Positions 55,983 through 64,000 of a DNA stretch of 64,000 bases are shown here, one piece after another. A program made the position numbers and the translations under genes. The notes under the pieces are model-generated. The model did no database searches and was not told the DNA's origin. It saw nothing but the letters and a program-made list of their open reading frames with translations. Source of the stretch: Chrysomallon squamiferum (taxonomy: Eukaryota; Animalia; Mollusca); assembly GCA_012295275.1 (NCBI GenBank), contig CM022671.1, positions 11,222,001 through 11,286,000 on the forward strand, read 5' to 3'. Position 1 is the stretch's first letter; each line of letters begins with the position of its first letter.

Positions 55983-56910
55983 ACACACACTACGGTAACA
56001 TAATACGAGAGTCTGTATAACAGAATATATCAACATTTCATCTGTTTGTCAACAAGAGGAAATTTCCAAGGCTGTGTATTTCGTGGTCTGTGATTATTTC
56101 GATTAATTAAGTTCATCAATATGACATCGATGTCACATCTAATTTGTCACTTTGGCAATGATTTGTTTACTGAAAATAACAATCTCGTCATTTTGAACAA
56201 GTAACACAATTCGAGCCAAACAGTCGTTTACAGAAGTAACTGAAATATTTGTTTTATAATATGGTCCGAACGTTGTGACATACATGCATATATATATATT
56301 TTATACATGCATACACATACACATACACACACATATTGCCTATGTTACTTTATTGTCCCAGTTTTAGTTTCTGTTAAGAAATTTAACAAAAAAAGAAATA
56401 AGATCAACTATTTTATTTATTATTTGAAATCCCTTATAATGTCATAGACCAGCTTATTGATTTTCGGATTAGCAACTCAGTAAAACCGAAAAGATTGCCA
56501 CATTGATTAAAATGTGGGGTTTATCAGAGAATCCTCTGCTGTATAAACCCATGTGTAATGACACGATTTGTAATCCGGATGTATCGGATATATATTTCAG
56601 CGTGATTTATCACACACACACAACACACCCCACACACACACACACACACACCTTTATGGATGGATGGATCGATGGATAGATATATACACTCACTCCTTGA
56701 AACGGTTGTAAATATGTCAGTTTTATCAGTCACTGTACTGAAGTGGACCTGAGTGGACTGCAGACAAAGTAAGATCTGGGTGAGATGTCGACAAGTGTTC
56801 TGACGTCACTTGGGCGGTGCGCTAGAGGGACCAGAAAATACACAAAACATGTTTATATCTTAACTGCTGTGGAAATTTCAACAGTTGGTGATCTAACATT
56901 TTAATGATTT

Positions 56911-56978
<68 letters not shown>

Positions 56979-57847
56979 CTAAGTGAAAGAGTGAATCTGT
57001 TACGTATTTATTTTCATTTCACACAAGTAAAAGATTTTAGCTGCACCGACCACATCAAAAGGACAGATTTCGATTAAGATCGTCCATAAATGACATAAAT
57101 ATTATTTTACTTCATAATAATTTCATTATGGTGTAAGTGTCAGTTTACCAATAATATTTGATGCAAGTATTTTTGTCTGCACTGATTGATACACGTGGCT
57201 CTTTTACAGATATATACAAATGGGTCCACTCCAACATACACGTCTAATTTCGTTAAAAATAACCCTTGTGTGTGTGCGGGTGGGTGTTCACATGTAAGCA
57301 GACATGCAAACAGTGTGGGGGGTGCGTTGGGATTTATTTATTTATTTTTCTAGAGACCTAATTGCAGTAGCGTGCACTGAGCAGAACAAACACACGTGAC
57401 AATCACTGGTAATGAGTTCAGAGGCTTTACGTAAGCCGATCAGCATCTGACTGTGTCATCAATACGTAACTGTAACAGACAGCATGAACAAACTGAAACG
57501 TAAATGTGTGTACAGGCATACATTTCTGCATATATTCATTCATTCTTATGTTTTTACATGTATACATGCATAAACATATATACATATATACATACACGTA
57601 TACATACAAGATATACATACTTCATACAAGATATACATATAATTACACACAGACAAATACAAACACACACACACATACACACATTTAAAGCACAATCATA
57701 TATATACAAACACTGAATGAGCTGACGCTATAGACAACATCCACTTTTAAATTTTGACTGGTGTTCTCAGACACCGGGTTCAAATAATTTTATATTTCAT
57801 AATAACTGAACGTGGACTGTTGAGTAATGAAATTTTTGTGTTTTTAG

Positions 57848-57934
57848 AACCGCCACCTCCAAGTCTGTGTTGTCTACAGGGATGTTTAGCTGCGTCTGCG
57901 GTGGGATTTTCATTCTTCATAGCACTGCCAACAG
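57848..57934 (+). CDS. Gene C coding exon 2 (EPPPPSLCCLQGCLAASAVGFSFFIALPTG)
   Basis: Acceptor tttgtgtttttag|, 87 nt phase 1-1, donor CAG|GTAAGC; begins the first hydrophobic segment. Confidence 0.78.
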
Positions 57935-58033
57935 GTAAGCTGAATTTCACTTGTTTTTATACAAAAATTTAATTTTAATCAAACTATACTAACACATACT
58001 TATATAAGCACAGGGAGACATACAGCAGCATAC

Positions 58034-58111
<78 letters not shown>

Positions 58112-58273
58112 ACATATACCCATACATATATTTACAAAGCCAGTCAAGAAATTAAAAACATTTACAAGTAAATAAAATATATTTAAGCAAAATCAATTGT
58201 CTGTAAAGACGTTTTTGTTTGCTTGTGAACAAGACGATAAGTTGTAAATTATTTCAGTTCTGTTTTTTTCCAG

Positions 58274-58488
58274 GTATACTGATGATAATATACGCCAAAA
58301 ACAACGAAGACGTGAGTCTTTTGTCAGCGGGCAGTGTCCTAGCCTGCCTCCCCGCCATAACGTTCCTCATTTTAGTTGTCGTCTGCTTCCACAGAAACAA
58401 GTTCAAAAAGATTCGATTAAGGAACAACCAGATCAGTGCTAAAACGCGGACAGAAAAACCCTGCCGTGATACTGTTAAAAAATTCTGA
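58274..58488 (+). CDS. Gene C last exon; uncharacterised 135-aa two-TM hairpin membrane protein
   Basis: Acceptor tgtttttttccag|, phase 1; ILMIIYAKNNEDVSLLSAGSVLACLPAITFLILVVVCF followed by basic HRNKFKKIRLR; AATAAA near 58604. Confidence 0.8.
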
Positions 58489-58739
58489 TTTACGATATAG
58501 CATGAACTGGAATGCCATCATCTTGAAGAATATCACATACAACCATTTGTAGATAATCCTAAAAAGAAACTCTGTTATCCCCATTTCCCCCCAAAATACC
58601 TTAAATAAAATAAACAAAACATTAATAATAATATTAATAGTTAAAGTCCACCAAGATACAAAGAAATATAATTATATATGAATAAAGGAATAAAATAAAT
58701 AAATAAATAAATAAATGTATAAACTAATTAATTAATTAA

Positions 58740-58978
58740 TTAAAAAGTGAATAATTAATTAAGTAATTAAAAGTGAATAATTAATTAAGTAATTAAAAAG
58801 TGAATAATTAATTAATTAAAATGTAAATAAATAAATTAATTAGTTATTATTGTACGACAAATTTATTTCAGCTTTTAACTGCTTATACATAAAAGCTATT
58901 TCCTGTAATTAATTAATTAATTGTTTTACGATAAATTTATTTCATCTTTTAACTGTGTATAAAAGTTATTTCCTGGTA
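58740..58978. repeat. Two small local tandem duplications (about 27 bp x3; about 70 bp x2)
   Basis: AAAGTGAATAATTAATTAAGTAATTA repeated; TACGAYAAATTTATTTCAKCTTTTAACTG...AAAAGYTATTTCCTG twice. Confidence 0.8.
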
Positions 58979-60161
58979 CTTAGTGCTTATGATAAACGTG
59001 CTGAGCGTTTTAAAATACTTCAGAAGCAAGCAGCAACGTCACTCACTAACAACTGTTACGTCACTGTCGTAATGGATTTAAAAAGAAAAGAATAGAATTA
59101 CAGTATCTGTTGTTGTGAAAACAATACTCACTATTTTTTATTTTTGTCACTGATTACCATGGAGATTACATTCAATGATGTCATGAAATCAGCAGCTGTC
59201 GTAAAAATATTGTATTAACTAAGAATTTTTTAGTTTTTGTTCATTTCAGATATTAATGGTTCTTATTTTAACCCAAAACTACACAGAGAAACGTTATTCT
59301 GTATGAATTATTTATTTTATATACAATCAAGTGCATGGAATTTTAGTTTCAGTTATTATAAAATATATAAATTTAATTGAAGTGTAATAGAATATATTAA
59401 AGGCAGTATAAACGAAATATATACAAACAATAAGTTGAGTTTTTTTTACTAATAAAAATTTACGATTTGATGATTATATTTTCATGTCAAAAATGTCATT
59501 TATATCCTGGACATATGTGTAAAATAGCATGTATATTTGTCAGTGAATTTGTGTGTGTGTGTGTGTGTATGTTCCTTTGTCTAAGTACGTATGTATTTGT
59601 GTAAGTCTAAATGTAGGCATGTGTTTATACAACACATAAATAAAAACAACATTTAATGTGAACAGATTAAAACATGTTGATAATATTATAATAAAGGTTA
59701 ATTCTGACTGAAAGAAATCTTCGAAAGGAGAACTAACAGACAAAACTGTATGTTAAACATGATAAATCGCATACATTGTTCTGTCTCTTTCTATGCTGAG
59801 TGTACATTTGGAATCTTTTTAAAACGTGTGAATTTTATTTAGATGTTTTCTATAATTTATTTTGTTTTGGTATTCTTTTAATCTTTACGTATATAGCAAG
59901 CCATTTGTCTTTCAACAAATAATAAAACAAATAAATTGTCTATATAAACAAATACTTTTTGTTGTTTGTTTTTAATGTAAACATTGTTGTATTGCAAGGT
60001 GTTGCTCAGGCGTTCGTTTAAACGATTTATTTTGCCAGTGTATAAATGTAAGTGTGCGTGTGTTCTGAGTAGAACTGTGACAATCGTACTAGGGCTGGCA
60101 TCTTATTTTAAAATTCAAATAAATTAGAGAAAATATATTTATTATATTTTATTTTATTTGT

Positions 60162-60196
<35 letters not shown>

Positions 60197-60819
60197 TTAA
60201 TTTTTATTTATTTATTTATATGCTTGTTTATTTATGTGCTATTTTTTAAATTCCTTGTTTTAAGACCTACAAAGAGAAACTATTTATTATATATAAACAA
60301 ATACATGGATTTTTTACAAAGCATACTATAAATATATAAATTTAATTAACAAATAATAAAACATATTACAGGCAGTAAAACAAAATATCATTCATCGAAT
60401 GCGTTTCCGACAACAAGGGTGACAACTCTTCTCTTCTTATTTCACTGAGTTAGCGCACCAGATGTCGAGAATTACTTAAAATCTAACTTACTGCTGTTCT
60501 CCTTATAGCACTGGAGAGAGGCCATTATTTTTCAGGTAAAGAGATTTAACATAATTTTATTATTTTCTATCCTTTGTAATTTATAGAAGGATTTAAATTT
60601 AATAAAGATTTTTGCCAAATTTTGACTTTGTCTGTTGCTCGCCTGACAGAGAGGTGTGTTCTGTCTGTTGCTCTGTTAGTCCTTAATTAACTGGGTCTGC
60701 TCTGTGCATTTCTAAACTTTTAAATAATTATACTGTGTTAAAGTATGAATATAACGATATTTGTTTTAATTTATAATAACAACTACAACGAAAACAACAA
60801 CAATAATAATAACAATAAC

Positions 60820-62050
60820 ATCAGTCACCTTCCCTGTGCCGAGAGCATACTCGTTTTTCTCAAATAACTATAAGAAATGATTCAGGATTTAACTAAAGAA
60901 GGAAGACTGAAGATGAAATAACTACAAGAAATGATTCAGGATTTAACTAGAAGGAAGACTGAAGATGAAATAACTACACGAAATGATTCAGGATTTAACT
61001 AAAGAAGGAAGACTGAAGATGAAATAACTACAAGAAATGATTCAGGATTTAAGTGAAGATGAAATAACTACAAGAAATGATTCAGGATTTAACTAAAGAA
61101 GGAAGACTGAAGATGAAATAACTACAAGAAATGATTCAGGATTTAACTGAAGAAGGAAGACTGAAGATGAAATAACTACACGAAATGATTCAGGATTTAA
61201 CTAAAGAAGGAAGATTGAAGATGAAATAACTACAAGAAATGATTCAGGATTTAACTAAAGAAGGAAGACTGAAGATGAAATAACTACACGAAATGATTCA
61301 GGATTTAACTAAAGAAGGAAGACTGAAGATGAAATAACTACAAGAAATGATTCAGGATTTATCAGAAGAAGGAAGACTGAAGATGAACAGGTCAAAACAA
61401 AGATGACGCTAAAAAATGACATTCCAGTATATTTCAACAACATTCTGAAAGAAAAATATTCAAAGAGCATCAGTGACAAAACTGAAGACAATGAAAAATT
61501 CAAAGAAGGTTCATGGCCATCTGGCCTGAATGAAGGAAGCATCAAGATATCTTCAAGGGAAATTACCGATCCTGCTTAAAGAGACTAATCTTACAACGCA
61601 TGCGTACTTTCCTCTGTGACTTAATATGGGCTCTACCAACAAGCAAAGAATGAACTAAGATGAATGGTTAAGCATAATGTATCGGGATGCGAAAAACAAA
61701 AGTCTTGGGTTAGAGCGAAAACGAAAGAGACAGATGTACATGACTGAACATGTTAGAAGACATTTAAAAGTGATAGATAATAATTAAACAATTTAAAAAA
61801 AAGATAATCGATATGCATCGCGTTTCACCATTTTGAAACAAATACGAAGAGAAAATCTGTAGACGAGCGAGACGATGGAGGGATGAAGTTGTGGAAAACC
61901 ATCATCAGACCAGTCAGGAAGACGTCGAAAACAAGAGTCACTAGGGCTGTATAATGCTACTACTACTACTACTGCTGCTACTACCACTGCTGCTACTGCT
62001 ACTACTGCTACTAACAGTAATAATAATAATAAGAAGAAGAAGAACAACAA
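60820..62050 (+). mobile_element. 5'-truncated, decayed RTE-clade non-LTR retrotransposon
   Basis: Collinear degenerate RT and C-terminal motifs on the + strand: ISHLPCAESILVF (cf. LSHLRFADDIVLF), LQEMIQDLSEEGRLKMNRSK, IQRRFMAIWPE*RKHQDIFKGNYRSCLKR, YNACVLSSVT, WVRAKTKETDV, RRWRDEV; ends in a trinucleotide-repeat tail. Confidence 0.8.
60863..61387. repeat. 54-bp minisatellite (AAATAACTACAAGAAATGATTCAGGATTTAACTAAAGAAGGAAGACTGAAGATG), about 10 copies, inside the LINE
   Basis: Directly visible; one unit near 61020-61060 is shortened. Confidence 0.95.
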
Positions 62051-62486
62051 TTATAATGAGGATAATGATGTATGCTTAGTCTGGGGTCGATGATTCTAAG
62101 CTAATCTATAATGGCTACTTAGAGTATCTGAATAACACTGATAATATGGGGAAAAAATTAATAATAAATAAAGCGAAATGTTTTGATAAATCGAGTTCGA
62201 AATTCGATTTGTTTTTCAGTTTCAGTGTTTGTGCAGTTAACAAGTAACGTATTAATACTTAATTATATTATAATTTTCACGTGCGATCTAGCATTCGATA
62301 GTAATTTCATATGTTGCGTTTTTCCCAATTTTCATCTTACTATCAAATTTCAAATAAAATTTTGGATTACAATACATTATTCACTGGCTGAGAAATAACA
62401 AGGAAGATAACTCTGCTAGTTTTACTATTTTAATTTTCAGCAAGCTCAACCTGTAGGGGAAAATGTTTCTTTTGCCTTTTCTTCTC

Positions 62487-62536
<50 letters not shown>

Positions 62537-63406
62537 GGTGTGTGTGTGTGTTTGGATATATAGATATAGATATATACCAAAACTATAGCTATAATATAAA
62601 TTTAATAAAACAGCATGAAATAAATATTATTAAAAAACAGTTGGTAAATGACATTAACTTGTCATTTACATGGGAATAATAACATTAACTATTGTCTTTT
62701 TCATGATAATACCTCCATTTTAGTTTTATATTACTGTTTTCACATACAAATTGTTTTTAAAAAGTATTAGATGCTTTAAATAACTGACGTCAAAATTATA
62801 ATTGTCTGACATCATAATCTCGTGCAAAAGCTTTTTAGCATGCGTGATATTTAAGCTGTCAGCTGACAGAATTATAACAAAACAGAGCATTTCTTTTATC
62901 AGGCTTTCGTTTTTATACCACAGACATGAAAAGAGTTTGATGACAACAGTTGCAAACGCGTGCGCTTTGCATTGTAAATTTGAATCCTATTCTGAAACAA
63001 AGGGTATTGTCAAGCAGCCATATAACAAATCAATAATTGTATTTGTGCAGGTTTACGTTGGACAGCGCACCTGTACTGTGTTGTGTGTTTGTCTCAACTT
63101 TCTGTCTTTGTCGCGTTATAAACACACCGGATTTGTTTAGGGGGAAAGTATCGATCCAGATCATGTTTTAATGCTGTGGCATTTTTATGTTTTATTCCTA
63201 GCGTTGTGCATTCTGAGCGTTTTCTTTTCCCTTCATTTTTGTTTGGGTTTTTAAGGGGGGTTCCGGACATTTTTGGAATTTTTATTTATTTATTTATTTT
63301 TGTTGTTGTTACTGTTGGTTTTGTTATTACCATTATTAATATTACTTTTATGACCATTATTATTATTATTATTATTATTATTAATACTATTCTCTTCAGC
63401 CGTATG

Positions 63407-63492
<86 letters not shown>

Positions 63493-64000
63493 ACATAACT
63501 TCGAATATCAATTTTATTTTCTAAACAACTGTACATCAGTTTTAAATGAGCCACAGAAATGCAGGAAAAATACTTCTAGAATGAAGTGAGTTTTACGAGA
63601 TACTAAAACTAAAATAACAATAACAAAAGCTATATAACTACAAAATAAAACAAAACGAGAAATAACGTGGGATTTATCGAATACGGCAGCAAATGCTGCA
63701 CCTCATCCTCCACAGATCCGCTTGTGAAATGTTTCTATTGTATTTCTATCTGCTGCAGTTTTCACTGTTCTTTCTTTTCGTTTTTAGCTTGCTCGTTATG
63801 CTAACCCATTTCTTTCTTTTACTCTTGTTTGTACGTAAACACTCATATTTACGGTGCAAAGCGCACACGTTTGCAACTATTGGCTTCAAACCCTTTTCAT
63901 AATGTCTCTGGTGTAGAAATGATAGGATTATAGAATAATAACCTTTTCTTCTTTTTTATTTTTTATTTTTTATTTTTATTTTTTTTCTGTCGACGTATTC

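Noticed and set aside
57882-57934. ATG-initiated reading MFSCVCGGIFILHSTAN in gene C exon 2
   Set aside because: Ends in phase 2, incompatible with the open phase-1 frame of the last exon

Overview
AT-rich, microsatellite-dense eukaryotic (animal, probably invertebrate) genomic DNA with spliceosomal introns. Most ORFs in the track are repeat artefacts. Three protein-coding genes can be assembled by hand from in-phase GT-AG junctions. (A) A + strand 123-aa type I membrane protein (coding exons 30619-30661, 31768-32096) with signal peptide, small Cys/Tyr-rich ectodomain, one TM and a DEKPLL dileucine tail. (B) A - strand MYORG-like GH31 type II membrane protein (exons 46581-45571 and 39794-37773, about 1010 aa) whose catalytic Asp motifs appear replaced (probable pseudo-glycosidase). 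It has a 337-aa acidic, phosphosite-rich cytoplasmic N-terminus and a candidate 24-codon alternative first coding exon. (C) A + strand 135-aa two-TM protein (51414-51519, 57848-57934, 58274-58488), head-to-head with B. Mobile DNA: an internally deleted FLYWCH/Mutator-like element in the intron of B, and a decayed RTE-type LINE whose RT segment has been amplified into a 54-bp minisatellite. Several other minisatellites (30, 45, about 33 and 27 bp) and a 400-bp local duplication are present. The first 27 kb has no convincing coding exon, only candidate non-coding exons of a - strand gene leaving the window. All family assignments are from recalled motifs; no searches were run.
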